A stretch of 43,770 bases of DNA. Origin: a virus. A program made the position numbers and the translations under genes. The stretch lies in IMG/VR virus record IMGVR_UViG_3300036924_000004; one strand, written 5' to 3'. Shown here in pieces: positions 17,147 through 26,983 of the stretch. The first letter of the stretch is position 1; each line of letters opens with the position of its first letter. The notes under the pieces are model-generated. The model saw only the letters and a program-made list of their open reading frames with translations, did not search any database and had not been told where the DNA came from.

Positions 17147-17692
17147 TTATACCCTATCTATGACAACGCTATCATAGTCTAGGCCGGTTACCGCCGGCAC
17201 TTTAGTAGTTGAAACCACTCTAGCATAGTTTACGTCAAAATCGAAACTAGGCATCTCTTCCGATCGGCCTGAGTCGTTTGTAAAATGTAGTATCCTGGTC
17301 TGGGATATGCGGGCTATTCCTAAACCCAAGGACCTAAGCGCTTGAACCGTAGCGCGAAGCTGCAATAAGCCCCTTGCGCTATTACACAAGTCCTTGGCTG
17401 TTAGCGCCGCCACGTTACCTACGTCGTCTGGCATTAAGGCCGACACTTGAAACGTGTTAAGAACACCCTCAGACTCCACGAAATCAAAGTCCCCGTCGCC
17501 GTCATTATACGTAGTTCGCGCCGCTATATAGCCATAGGGGCGGTCGATTACGCCGTGCACGAAAAGCGCAGGACCTTCGGGAACGCCCTGATCGGTAGGC
17601 TGGTAGCTCTGCTGCACAGTTAGACCTGAGTAGCTCGTTAGTCCTGAGCGTAAGGTAGCTATTATGATAGCCATAACCGCATTATCAGTCAT
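17147..17692 (-). CDS. tail completion / sheath-terminator-like protein
   Basis: Start taken at ATG 17692 in an ATGA overlap with the upstream stop (track start 17731). Confidence 0.5.
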   Translation of the reverse strand: MTDNAVMAIIIATLRSGLTSYSGLTVQQSYQPTDQGVPEGPALFVHGVIDRPYGYIAARTTYNDGDGDFDFVESEGVLNTFQVSALMPDDVGNVAALTAKDLCNSARGLLQLRATVQALRSLGLGIARISQTRILHFTNDSGRSEEMPSFDFDVNYARVVSTTKVPAVTGLDYDSVVIDRV

Positions 17693-18066
17693 GGCACTGC
17701 CCCCACGTCTTCGGCGAGACCCTCGTTCCATGAATCGATAGACGACCAGTCAACGTCCGACTTGAACTCCCAAAGGCGCCCGTTATAGGCTACCTGGTCT
17801 GAAGCCTTGCCCCGACCTAATATGTCGAAATCCGTAACCGCCCATACCTTGATATATTTTTTAGTGAAGTCCAGCCCGAGGTCCTTGTACTTCTCTCTTG
17901 GCACGGCTTGAATGTTAGCCTTAATAGTATCTGGCTCAGCATAATTTGACACCCAGTGGCCAACGGCGTTGTTTGATCTACCTAGGAACTGATAGTAGCC
18001 TACGTCAGTAGCACGTATGACTTTTTGGGCTAGCTTAAGTAGGTTTAACCCCGGTATGTTAGACAC
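17689..18066 (-). CDS. neck/tail terminator-like protein
   Basis: 125 aa in the neck block. Confidence 0.5.
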   Translation of the reverse strand: MSNIPGLNLLKLAQKVIRATDVGYYQFLGRSNNAVGHWVSNYAEPDTIKANIQAVPREKYKDLGLDFTKKYIKVWAVTDFDILGRGKASDQVAYNGRLWEFKSDVDWSSIDSWNEGLAEDVGAVP

Positions 18067-18634
18067 TGCTTTTCTCCTTAACTTCGCTTCCCAAAGTGTT
18101 TAGCATTATAGCATCGTCTACCAAAGGCTTTTTACTCACTCCGCCAGCGTAGCCTAGCTGCCCTGGACCTGTCTCCCCAGTAGCAACGGCCCGCTTCACA
18201 GCGAACACCAGGGGGCCCGTTATCTGCTTTCCCTCAGACTTAAGGCGCCTAAGGGCTAGAGTTACCGGGCTAAGCTCTGGGCTAGATATCTCGGTTATCG
18301 TCTTCCTAATATCACCGGCTACCTTAGCCCCCAATATGCCGTATATCGTTTTAGCGTCAACGCCTTGCCCGGCGCTTAGGCTCTTGAATAACCTTTTAGA
18401 CAGCTCAGTCCACTCCCCGGATTTATTAGCCGCGGTTTGACGCATGAAAGGCCTCGGCGGCGTACCGGTCTTGGGCGAGCCGAACTCCTGGACCGCTGCT
18501 ACGCCAGCCACAGGAGTGCCATCGGAATACTTAGCGGCCTCGTTCCAGCCCGCGGCTACGGTATACTTTCGCATGTCCTCGACCACTTTACGAAGAGCTT
18601 TAGCCTTTCCAGCTTTTCGCGTTATCTTGACCAT
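18059..18634 (-). CDS. HK97 gp10-like head-tail joining protein
   Basis: AGVAAVQEFGSPKTGTPPRPFMR resembles the gp10-family vEfG...PF signature. Start ATG 18634 lies right after the upstream TAG. Confidence 0.55.
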   Translation of the reverse strand: MVKITRKAGKAKALRKVVEDMRKYTVAAGWNEAAKYSDGTPVAGVAAVQEFGSPKTGTPPRPFMRQTAANKSGEWTELSKRLFKSLSAGQGVDAKTIYGILGAKVAGDIRKTITEISSPELSPVTLALRRLKSEGKQITGPLVFAVKRAVATGETGPGQLGYAGGVSKKPLVDDAIMLNTLGSEVKEKSSV

Positions 18635-18635
18635 G

Positions 18636-19073
18636 CTAGTAAAAGCCCCCACCGGATTTTCTAAACGCTGCACGTTCACGGCGCCCGCCAGCGTAAAAGC
18701 CGAAAGCCGCTCGCGTTGCTATAAGCGCCGAAAGCTGCTGGCCGTAGGGCGTCTGGTTAAGCCACCATTGCCATTGAGGCCCATCTGGGGCGGGCTTAAC
18801 AGACACCGATACTGATCCTATGGTAGCTGAGACCACGCTAGCCGGAGACTCCCCGGCTTTTATTAGGTCGCTTAAAGCTACCAAATGCGCAGTCATTAGG
18901 TACAAGGCGAATTTGCGTTTATCGCCGTTTAACCTGCCGTAGTCAGTATCAGATATATAATAGGTAGCCTTAGTGAACGTACCGGATAGATCCGCGTCCG
19001 GGTACGTCGTCGCGTTAGCGAACGCCGGAAACTCGTCCCTAAATTCTGATACGTCAAATACGATGGTACTCAT
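18636..19073 (-). CDS. head-tail adaptor-like protein
   Basis: 145 aa; assignment is by position. Confidence 0.45.
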   Translation of the reverse strand: MSTIVFDVSEFRDEFPAFANATTYPDADLSGTFTKATYYISDTDYGRLNGDKRKFALYLMTAHLVALSDLIKAGESPASVVSATIGSVSVSVKPAPDGPQWQWWLNQTPYGQQLSALIATRAAFGFYAGGRRERAAFRKSGGGFY

Positions 19074-19074
19074 A

Positions 19075-19476
19075 CTACTCTACTGGCTTAATTTTTGGCG
19101 CTTTTTTACCCGCTTTAGTGAACGTCTCTGGCGTTAGCGGCGCGGAATTGTCCCGCTCCTTCATAGCACCTTTGACGATAGTATCGACCGGTTTGTTGCC
19201 GACGTCGGGCCAAATAAAACCGTTATCTCTGTGTTTCTTAAATATCTTATGCGCTTCTAGCTTCTTGTACTGCTCGGCGCTTATCTCGGTTACCTTACCT
19301 TTGACAGACGCGCCGTGCTTATCGGCCACGTTAGCCCCGCCTTTGATAGTGATTTCAGACTCTTTAACACTTGGGCCGCCGGGAGAGTCTTTAGACTTAG
19401 GCCTCCAGAAAGTGTAGGTTACGTCCGAGGCTAGGGTTGAGTAGATAAAAACTGGTTTTACATTAGCTGCACTCAT
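19075..19476 (-). CDS. hypothetical structural protein
   Basis: 133 aa, Lys-rich, the first gene after the capsid terminator. Confidence 0.5.
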   Translation of the reverse strand: MSAANVKPVFIYSTLASDVTYTFWRPKSKDSPGGPSVKESEITIKGGANVADKHGASVKGKVTEISAEQYKKLEAHKIFKKHRDNGFIWPDVGNKPVDTIVKGAMKERDNSAPLTPETFTKAGKKAPKIKPVE

Positions 19477-19498
19477 GTTGCTGTTTTCCTTATTCGTT

Positions 19499-19534
19499 AA
19501 AAAGGCGAAGTCTCGGACTATCCGAAGCTCCGCC
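19499..19534 (-). terminator. rho-independent terminator after the major capsid gene
   Basis: On the - strand, GGCGGAGCTTCGGA-TAG-TCCGAGACTTCGCC forms 14 positions with one A-C mismatch and two G-U pairs, followed by TTTTT. It pairs better on the - strand than on the + strand. Confidence 0.6.
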
Positions 19535-19563
19535 AGAGGTTCTTAATACACTAAGGATTATAT

Positions 19564-20697
19564 CTACGATATACCAGTGGCTCGGTACACCGCGTAGGGC
19601 CTCTTTAAGGTGATACCGGCTAGAGCGTTAGAGAAAACCTCTGTGTAGGCCTTAGCTCCGTTCTCTACGCCTATCGTTACGAACTTAGCCGGGACAATCT
19701 GCGCGAAGGTTTTGCCGTCGTCACTGCCCGAGTCCGCTACCTGCTCAGCGTAAAGATAAAACACTCCCGCGCCGCCGTTCGCCGTGTCGAACTGAGGTAC
19801 AGATACGACCCTGGTACTCGGATACGTGGACCTTAGCCAGTCCCATACCGAGTTACCGTACTGTGAAACCACAGCGAGGTAATCTACAGCGTTGGACGCG
19901 ATAGCTAAGGTAATAGGCGTAGTAGTCGGGTCGATGTTATCGCCACTACTAGCGCGAAGCCCGGCGAACGCTGTAAGCAAGTCAGTAACTATCTCAAGGT
20001 AAGTCTTAGTAGACCACTCCGGATCAGTCGACGCTCCGTCCGCTACCGTTACATAAGACGGTAAGTTGGGATCGTTTAGAAGGCCGTAGGTACGGTTCGC
20101 CCCGGCATTGTAGCCGAAAAACCCTACGCGGTTACGCTCTATTTCAAGAGCTGATACCGCGGCTCGGCGCTTTTGCTCAGCGCTATTTACGTCGGCGGCG
20201 GCGCTTCTGGCCTCTTCCATTTTACCGACTTGGAGACCCTCTTCGAAAGCCACTACCGAACGCCGAACGTAGTTAACGTTCCAAGACGATAGCGGTATGC
20301 CGTTATAGTCACCGTAAGGCCTAGCCTCACCGGTATGCTCTAGGACCCGTTGGATAACTTCCTCGTCGTGCCAGTTTCCTTGCACCGTTATCCCCAAAAG
20401 GTCGTCGATTTTTCTCGCCGTAGTGATTACCTCAACGAAACCCGGTAGCCAGGTTTGTAGGTACTGAACTGGAGAAGCGATACTAGCAGTAGTAGCCGCT
20501 AGACCGGTTAAATCCGCATCCATGGCATGAGCCGCTCGCTGCATGGCGTTAAGCTCACCGGGTCTAAGCACAATGCCTAAACCATGAAGCCCCGCCTGGT
20601 CCATAGCCAAGGCCGCTTGCTGCTCTGGCGTCTTGCAGACAACGGGCTTTATAGCGCGCGGTCCTCGGTACTTAATTACTTTCTGTGGCCGGATCAT
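19564..20697 (-). CDS. major capsid protein
   Basis: 377 aa, after the scaffold and decoration-like genes and followed by a strong terminator. Confidence 0.8.
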   Translation of the reverse strand: MIRPQKVIKYRGPRAIKPVVCKTPEQQAALAMDQAGLHGLGIVLRPGELNAMQRAAHAMDADLTGLAATTASIASPVQYLQTWLPGFVEVITTARKIDDLLGITVQGNWHDEEVIQRVLEHTGEARPYGDYNGIPLSSWNVNYVRRSVVAFEEGLQVGKMEEARSAAADVNSAEQKRRAAVSALEIERNRVGFFGYNAGANRTYGLLNDPNLPSYVTVADGASTDPEWSTKTYLEIVTDLLTAFAGLRASSGDNIDPTTTPITLAIASNAVDYLAVVSQYGNSVWDWLRSTYPSTRVVSVPQFDTANGGAGVFYLYAEQVADSGSDDGKTFAQIVPAKFVTIGVENGAKAYTEVFSNALAGITLKRPYAVYRATGIS

Positions 20698-20709
20698 AGG
20701 TTATCCCCC

Positions 20710-21231
20710 TTAATTTGTAAGCTTGATCTTAGCTAGTCCCGGCGTACCGTCCGCTAAGTTGTTGTCGACAATTACCGCGTTAGGAACTTTAGTGTAGCCT
20801 GTCACCGATCCGGTTCCTGCTACTACCCCCACTAGAATTCCTGTCGTATCCTGATACCAGATTTCGGCGCCTATGGCTCTTGAGCCCGTGGCCGGCGCGT
20901 CTTGGCTAAGGTCTACTAGGATATAGCCCATTAGGAGCAAGCTAACGTTAAGCTCGTTCGGCAGGGTTAGTGTTGGGTTCAAAGGATTAGACGAGTCACC
21001 GAAAAGCGCATAGCTCTTAGGGTGACACAGAATACCGGCAAAAACGCCACTCGCGTCAGCAGATACGTCGGTGTCGCTTGATGCTACGTGGCGAAACGCT
21101 CGACCCACTACGTTGTTTGCGGCAGAAGTGGACGACAAGATACCCGGCTGGGCTCTATAAGGTCCAGTGGTTATAACTTCGCCGACAACGCCAGCCGCTA
21201 GCGAGTCTTGAATAGTGCTTTGAAATGGCAT
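20710..21231 (-). CDS. capsid accessory/decoration-like protein
   Basis: 173 aa, Gly/Ala/Val-rich, between the scaffold and capsid genes. Confidence 0.45.
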   Translation of the reverse strand: MPFQSTIQDSLAAGVVGEVITTGPYRAQPGILSSTSAANNVVGRAFRHVASSDTDVSADASGVFAGILCHPKSYALFGDSSNPLNPTLTLPNELNVSLLLMGYILVDLSQDAPATGSRAIGAEIWYQDTTGILVGVVAGTGSVTGYTKVPNAVIVDNNLADGTPGLAKIKLTN

Positions 21232-21245
21232 AGCTGGTAACTCCT

Positions 21246-22496
21246 TTAGCTATTATAATATTCATCGATAGGGCTAGCTGCCTTTGTCTTTCCGTCTTCC
21301 GCTAGAGCCGTATGAGCATACAGCTTAGGCGTGCTAGGTCGATTATGCAAATAGGCTTTAAGCGCTACGCGCTCTTGGCCGTCTTCGCACGTAAGGCCTA
21401 ACTGCTCGACGCCGTGCTTAGCTACGGCTTTTAGGCTCATGGACTTGTGGTCGAAAGCCGGTATGTAAAAGCTTAGCTTCTCCGCAAGCTCGTCGCGCTC
21501 AGCGACTTCCTTCATGATCCGCTGATCCATGCCGGCGTTCTCGGTTTTAAGCGTGTCGATAGTGTCAAGCAAAGGCTTAGTAGCCTTTTCGACAGCCGTG
21601 CTGATCATTTTTTGAACGGTCGCTCTGTCCATAGCGCCAGACTCCTCTTCTTTAGTCTTATCTTTTTCACCCTCGTCTTCGGCCGGATCAGGATTTTCCG
21701 CCGGTGGGTCCATGTCCATTGGCGTCTCAGTGGGTTCAGCAGGTTCTGAGCCGGGGCTCATGGCGCTGACAACTTTTCCTAGGCTTTGCAGTATAGGAGT
21801 TAGATCGGCCAAGGCCTTAGCAATATCTGTCAGGCCCATTTCTTGATCTTTAGCGGTTCCCGCCTCTGGCGCTTTTGGCTTTGCATCCATAGGTTCACGT
21901 CCTTCGTTATGTGGTAATTTAACAGTTAACTTATCCATACCCAACGCTCCGTCAAAAACAGCAACGTCCATCCGGCTTTGCTCTACCGAGGCCAAGTGAT
22001 TGCCTCGTATCTTACGCTGCACTATGTCATACTCAGCGCCTCTAGGCGTACCGGGGATATACTGGTACGTATTGCCGTCAAGTATACCAGGTGTAAAGTC
22101 GTATTGACAACCGTAACCTAGGCTCAACTCGTCGTTTCCGCTTTCTATTTCCTCTTCGAGGGCGCGTGTGAAGACTTTTATATTACCTTTTAGCCACATG
22201 TCCTGCTCGTCAAAGTAGACTTTTTCGCCTACTATGCCGTGTATGCCGGCTTCAGAAGCGTCCACGCCATACTTATCGCCTAACATAGTGTGACCAAGTA
22301 TCCACGGTCTCAGCCTAAAAGACTCGGCGCACTCCGGATCAGCAAGCTCTTCGATAGGCCTGAGGACTCGGTAGACGCGATCGGGCTCAAGGCTAGGATG
22401 TATCTCTTGCCCTAGGTACTCGAATATGCCGGGGCGAGATAGCTTATTGTCAACTATTTCAAGCCAGCCGTTATCGTCTTTTTTAGCCACTGCCAT
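21246..22496 (-). CDS. scaffold / prohead-processing protein
   Basis: 416 aa with an N-terminal globular part, an acidic P/E-rich linker and a helical C-terminus. Its position is upstream of the capsid gene. Confidence 0.55.
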   Translation of the reverse strand: MAVAKKDDNGWLEIVDNKLSRPGIFEYLGQEIHPSLEPDRVYRVLRPIEELADPECAESFRLRPWILGHTMLGDKYGVDASEAGIHGIVGEKVYFDEQDMWLKGNIKVFTRALEEEIESGNDELSLGYGCQYDFTPGILDGNTYQYIPGTPRGAEYDIVQRKIRGNHLASVEQSRMDVAVFDGALGMDKLTVKLPHNEGREPMDAKPKAPEAGTAKDQEMGLTDIAKALADLTPILQSLGKVVSAMSPGSEPAEPTETPMDMDPPAENPDPAEDEGEKDKTKEEESGAMDRATVQKMISTAVEKATKPLLDTIDTLKTENAGMDQRIMKEVAERDELAEKLSFYIPAFDHKSMSLKAVAKHGVEQLGLTCEDGQERVALKAYLHNRPSTPKLYAHTALAEDGKTKAASPIDEYYNS

Positions 22497-22510
22497 AATG
22501 GACCTTTAAT

Positions 22511-23398
22511 TTAGCCGAGTGGAATAGACGGTATCATAGTACACCGACAATTAATAGCTTGTCCAGGTAAACCCCGCTCACCGGTGTTCTGGTCTATTAT
22601 CGGGGGCTCGGATATCTTGAATGTCTTCCCGTTAAGTACGTCTCTGTGATACGGCCTTGGGGTTTTTCCTCCGCCCGAGTGCACCCACTCAAAGTATTCT
22701 ATTCCCATTGATGTCATTTTCGCGGCGTTAATTTGATTGTAGGCCTTGCGCGTCTGGTCTGTAGCTATTTGATGCGCCCGGTTCCTCACTTTTTTATACC
22801 TGTCGTCAAGCAGACCGTTTATCGAGTCTCTAAGATCCGAGAGACCCTTGTTATCTGGGTTCATTATGGAGTTAAGTATCTGCGTTCTAACCTGCGTAAA
22901 GTACTCGCTAGGTATCGACTTTATTAGGCCCACGTTCTGCGCAACCGCCGCGGTAAGAACGTCGCTTACGCCCTCGGTTACCGCAGACGTTTTTATCGAT
23001 AGGCCTCCTGACAGGTCTTTAAGGCTATTATGTAAAGCCTTAGTGCTGTCCTTGTTAACGGAAGACAGCATGTTTTTAGACAGCCTATCAGCCTTAGAGC
23101 GAAATTCTTTATTGAACTCACGCTCTAGCTTATTTATTACCATACGTACTTTACTGATTATGCTGCTGTCCTGAGCTGTATTAAAGTGGGTTACCAGGGC
23201 CTTATTAATCTCGCTCTTTAAGCTTTTAGTCATTCTAGATACTAGTGACTGTAAACGCTTATTGTACGCCGCCTCGGTTCCTATATTCATGCTGAGCTTT
23301 GACCCCCGTATTGTAACGTCACGGTTCTTTGCCCACTCAGCTTTTCGCTTTGTCAGAAGCTTAGTTTTTAGCTTTTTCGCCATCGCCCTTACCTGCAA
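22511..23398 (-). CDS. minor head protein (Mu F / SPP1 gp7 family)
   Basis: C-terminal YFEWVHSGGGKTPRPYHR...AINCRCTMIP signature. Follows the portal gene. Confidence 0.8.
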   Translation of the reverse strand: MQVRAMAKKLKTKLLTKRKAEWAKNRDVTIRGSKLSMNIGTEAAYNKRLQSLVSRMTKSLKSEINKALVTHFNTAQDSSIISKVRMVINKLEREFNKEFRSKADRLSKNMLSSVNKDSTKALHNSLKDLSGGLSIKTSAVTEGVSDVLTAAVAQNVGLIKSIPSEYFTQVRTQILNSIMNPDNKGLSDLRDSINGLLDDRYKKVRNRAHQIATDQTRKAYNQINAAKMTSMGIEYFEWVHSGGGKTPRPYHRDVLNGKTFKISEPPIIDQNTGERGLPGQAINCRCTMIPSIPLG

Positions 23399-25130
23399 AG
23401 TGCTCTATTTCACCAAGGCGGTTTTTAGCTTTTCGGTAGCTCGGGAAAGGTCCGTCCAGCTTCTTACCTGCTTTTGACGTCACCCAGAACTCGCCGTTCT
23501 CCTTAGTTATCTCGTCGGAAGCTTGCGGCTCGTAGCCTACGTCTGCGCTAGCCTCTGGCGGCGGCTCGTCGGGGACCCTCGGCGGCTCAGGCTCGTTAGG
23601 AACGAGAGCCTCGGGCTCGTCCTCATACTCCGGCTCTTCTATTTTCTCTAACTCGTTGTAACCGCTCTTATCGTCGAGCCTTACCCGGTCCCTAACCTCG
23701 TATGGCGTTACCGCCCCCATATCGAAGTAAAGCTTGTCTGTCTGCGCCTTGGTAGCGTTAAGAGTGGCTTGTTCAGTCTCGCTAGGCATAGCTACAGGAC
23801 GCCAGGCATGGGTAACCCTAACGCCATTAAGCGCCGAAGCCGATAAGCACTCATAGTGCCGCTCTAAAATGTCGTCAAAGTCGTTAACCTGCACGGACTC
23901 AAGCTCCTCATGGTACGTTTTTATCTCGTGCTCTCCGGTTGCGTTGAAGCCTTTCGGAGACGTACCTAGAAGCCTAGTAGCTGGTACCTTAGCTATAGAC
24001 GCGACTAATTGATATTGAGTCATAACCGTGGTATCAAAATCGGATAACGTTGTTTCTAGCTGCGTTACGTCTTCGCCTTTTCCAACGGCTAAGAACCCAT
24101 GGTTATTTTTCATCTCGGTCTGGTATTGTAGCGCCTCTTCAAAAGCATCCTGGTTTTTTATAGCCGCGTCCATATCCATGGTTCTAGTGTATAGCCTCTT
24201 AGTTAAGGCAAGCTCCGGGGCCTCATTAGCGGTACGCTCAGCCGCGTATACCCGCTCGTATATTTGCTGCACCATAGAAACGCCGCCGTAACGGTAAGAC
24301 GGTTTTAAAACGTCAGATACCTCTTCGCCTCTCAGTATTATAAAGTGAGACTTGTGGATCTTAACGCCGTTAACCGTCCAATACGTTGGCTCATAGAAGT
24401 CGAGGGAAGACGGATCAGAGATAGCGCTCTGACTTAGCTCCGGTGCTAGCCAGTACGGATCTATCTGCGATAGGCCTTTATACGTACCGGGTTTTATAGC
24501 TTCGACGCTGAAAGGCTTCTCGTAGTACTGCTTGTCAGAGCTGTCTACCTTAATAAGTACGTGGCGTATCCCAAACACGTTGTTAAACTTGTGGGCCTCT
24601 ACAAGGTTTTTACGCACCTTAAACTTTTTATCGAGGCGTTTAACCCTTTCTATAATGCTATCGTCGCCCCCGGTGTCTCCGGTGACGTTTATATCCCAGC
24701 CGTTCCTAACAGCGTCCTTTCCTTTAGCCGCGCATGCTTTAGACACTAGCCATTGCTGAGCTATTACTGAGCACGTTTGATAACTCAAAAACCCTTGCGC
24801 TATATACCAACGCAAAACGGGAATGGGGACGTATGAGTCGTTAAGAGAAAATATGTTCTTGGCTCTAGTCTCAAAACTAGATAAGTCGCTGTCTTGCGCG
24901 GACCCTGAAAGTGAAGTTATGTCCGGTTTGATGAAAGCTTTCTCGCGACACCAATTAGCTAGTAAAGCCTCGCGCTCCTTAGTCCTAGCATTACTAAAAA
25001 ACGCGCCGGTTCTCTCATTCACCTCAGGATTAACCGAGTCCGTAGCCGAGTCCTTAGCCGAGTCCTTAGCGAGCTTTTTATTGAACAGATTTCTTACGAA
25101 GGAACGCATCGAAAAAACTCCTTGATACAC
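23361..25130 (-). CDS. portal protein with C-terminal P/E-rich linker and basic mini-domain
   Basis: 589 aa, directly after TerL. The start may be ATG 25109. Confidence 0.8.
   Translation of the reverse strand: MYQGVFSMRSFVRNLFNKKLAKDSAKDSATDSVNPEVNERTGAFFSNARTKEREALLANWCREKAFIKPDITSLSGSAQDSDLSSFETRAKNIFSLNDSYVPIPVLRWYIAQGFLSYQTCSVIAQQWLVSKACAAKGKDAVRNGWDINVTGDTGGDDSIIERVKRLDKKFKVRKNLVEAHKFNNVFGIRHVLIKVDSSDKQYYEKPFSVEAIKPGTYKGLSQIDPYWLAPELSQSAISDPSSLDFYEPTYWTVNGVKIHKSHFIILRGEEVSDVLKPSYRYGGVSMVQQIYERVYAAERTANEAPELALTKRLYTRTMDMDAAIKNQDAFEEALQYQTEMKNNHGFLAVGKGEDVTQLETTLSDFDTTVMTQYQLVASIAKVPATRLLGTSPKGFNATGEHEIKTYHEELESVQVNDFDDILERHYECLSASALNGVRVTHAWRPVAMPSETEQATLNATKAQTDKLYFDMGAVTPYEVRDRVRLDDKSGYNELEKIEEPEYEDEPEALVPNEPEPPRVPDEPPPEASADVGYEPQASDEITKENGEFWVTSKAGKKLDGPFPSYRKAKNRLGEIEHFAGKGDGEKAKN
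25036..25071 (-). repeat. 12-bp x3 tandem repeat in the portal N-terminus (AKDSAKDSATDS)
   Basis: gagtccgtagcc gagtccttagcc gagtccttagcg on the + strand. Confidence 0.9.
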
Positions 25131-26544
25131 TTTTAGGGGCCAGACACATATGCAGCGCGTCGGCGATATTAGGTGACGGTTGCTTGGTGCGCTTTTCCAT
25201 ATCCGCCTTACTCTCTACTTTTTTCTTACTGTTAACACCGCTCTTAACCCAAATGGGCGTAGAAAGCTCCTTAACTAACTTATTAAACACCTCATCGTCT
25301 GCTATGTCTATCGATATCATGTCAGCGGGGTCAACGGGTTCGCCGAGTACGGCAAAACGGTATGTGTTATAGAACCTCTGAGCCGTTACGGCGTGAGCCT
25401 GAGCTTTGGCGTTTGCGTACATTTCGCCATTAGTTAAGTTCGTACCGGGTATCATCTCGTCAGGATCAACTACCGGATCGCCAGCGTTAAACGGGGTAAC
25501 CTCGACGCTAAAGGCGTTCATCTTTTCGTCTTTTCCGTTTATAATGTCTTCGACGAAAACACTAACCCCGTCTCCAAAGCCCCCGCACTCGTCGTAGCGA
25601 AAGTCCTCGGCGGCTAGGTCCTTAGTAGCGCTCATAGCGATCCGCGTCGCCTCTCTAAGATCCGGAGACTTTAGCCACTCATGGATATAGTCAAGGGTAT
25701 TCCCATTAACTGACACTACCGCGTTATAGTCTCGACCCTGGCCAGCGGGGTCATAGGCCGCAATGCGCGTACCGGTCTTAGTGAACCCTGGAAGCTTCGA
25801 CGCCCACCTGGCCGCACGTATCCATTCACGGTCTACGATGCAGTCCTCATAGTTACCTAAGGGCTTACCCTCCCAAACGTTCTCATAATCGCGCCTAGGC
25901 CTAGTAGCAAGAAAGTGTTTACGCTCTACGTCTAGATGCTCTGGGAAGTATACATTATCTCGCCAGTTTATCTTGCGAGCTATGGACCCAGGCGGCTGGT
26001 TAACTACGAAACGCTGCCAGGTGTCGTCTAGCTCGTCGTCGGGGTTAAATATTATAACCCGTATCGGCGTTCTCCCGTTAAGAGGTCTTATGGACGGTAG
26101 AAACACGTCCCAGGAGTTCTTAGTTATGTTTTGGCTTTCCTCAGCTAGAACCCCGTCTACGTTAGCTATGGACTTAATGGACAGGATGTTATTTTTCAAG
26201 CCCTTGAATATAAACTTTGTGCCGTTAAGACCAACTATTTCTTTTTTAAGTATCTTGTAAAAACCCTCTAGACCGCGTTTAATTATGGCTGTTTCTATCT
26301 CGGTTTTTATCGACTCTTCTATGGAATTTTGCAGCTCGCGAGTAACAAGGATACGCATAGGCCTTAACGTTCCCTCAACTACAAAGGCATCCGCGAATGT
26401 CCACGTTTTAGCCGAGCCCCTACCGCCATAGGCTATGAAGTAATTATACTTAGAGTTAAACACACTCCGGTTAGCTATTATCTTTTCAGGATCAAGCTCA
26501 AAGAAATCCGCGAAAGCCTCTTGCGGTGACCAGTTTAACTGCAT
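25078..26544 (-). CDS. terL: terminase large subunit
   Basis: Walker A in FIAYGGRGSAKTW, a C-terminal nuclease-type acidic region, 488 aa, follows the small subunit gene. Confidence 0.92.
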   Translation of the reverse strand: MQLNWSPQEAFADFFELDPEKIIANRSVFNSKYNYFIAYGGRGSAKTWTFADAFVVEGTLRPMRILVTRELQNSIEESIKTEIETAIIKRGLEGFYKILKKEIVGLNGTKFIFKGLKNNILSIKSIANVDGVLAEESQNITKNSWDVFLPSIRPLNGRTPIRVIIFNPDDELDDTWQRFVVNQPPGSIARKINWRDNVYFPEHLDVERKHFLATRPRRDYENVWEGKPLGNYEDCIVDREWIRAARWASKLPGFTKTGTRIAAYDPAGQGRDYNAVVSVNGNTLDYIHEWLKSPDLREATRIAMSATKDLAAEDFRYDECGGFGDGVSVFVEDIINGKDEKMNAFSVEVTPFNAGDPVVDPDEMIPGTNLTNGEMYANAKAQAHAVTAQRFYNTYRFAVLGEPVDPADMISIDIADDEVFNKLVKELSTPIWVKSGVNSKKKVESKADMEKRTKQPSPNIADALHMCLAPKSVSRSFFDAFLRKKSVQ

Positions 26545-26931
26545 CTAGGCGCCCTCGTTTTTTCGCGTAACCGATACCTCTATCTTGTCCCAGGGTATTA
26601 ACGCCGCTAGCGTGTCGGTCTCCACTTCAGACTGCTTTCGGTAGTCTTTGAACCTAGACTGCATGAGAAATGTCAACATACCGGGTTGCTCTCTCGTCAT
26701 GCTCTTCTCGCCTGTGGCGCCTCCCTGGAGAACGGTCTCGTAATACGCCTGGGCCTTGGCCAACGCTATCTCGCACGCCTCATTGAACTCGGGAAACTCT
26801 TGGCGCCAGCGGCGTACAGTTGACGGAGAAACGCCTATCTCGGCAGCGAACTGCGTCAAGGTGAGACCCTCCCCCAAAGATACTATAATGTGGTCGCAAA
26901 AAATAGGACTGTATTTTGAATAACCTGCCAT
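26545..26931 (-). CDS. terS: terminase small subunit (HTH)
   Basis: LTLTQFAAEIGVSPSTVRRWRQEFPEF HTH. ATG 26931 follows GGGAGGA (track start 26943). Abuts TerL. Confidence 0.7.
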   Translation of the reverse strand: MAGYSKYSPIFCDHIIVSLGEGLTLTQFAAEIGVSPSTVRRWRQEFPEFNEACEIALAKAQAYYETVLQGGATGEKSMTREQPGMLTFLMQSRFKDYRKQSEVETDTLAALIPWDKIEVSVTRKNEGA

Positions 26932-26954
26932 GCGTCCTCCCATAAAATGCCCCT

Positions 26955-26983
26955 AGCATAGCACGAGCAGCGCTTTTAGCTAA
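26955..26983 (-). promoter_or_regulatory. candidate late-operon promoter TTAGCT-N17-TATGCT
   Basis: The - strand hexamers are the reverse complements of 26978-26983 and 26955-26960. Overlaps one arm of the 15-bp inverted repeat. Confidence 0.3.

Noticed and set aside
25036-25071. 12-bp x3 repeat (AKDSAKDSATDS) at the portal N-terminus
   Set aside because: It is a short in-frame coding repeat in a probably disordered N-terminal extension, or possibly upstream of the true start. It is recorded as a feature but is not considered biologically notable.
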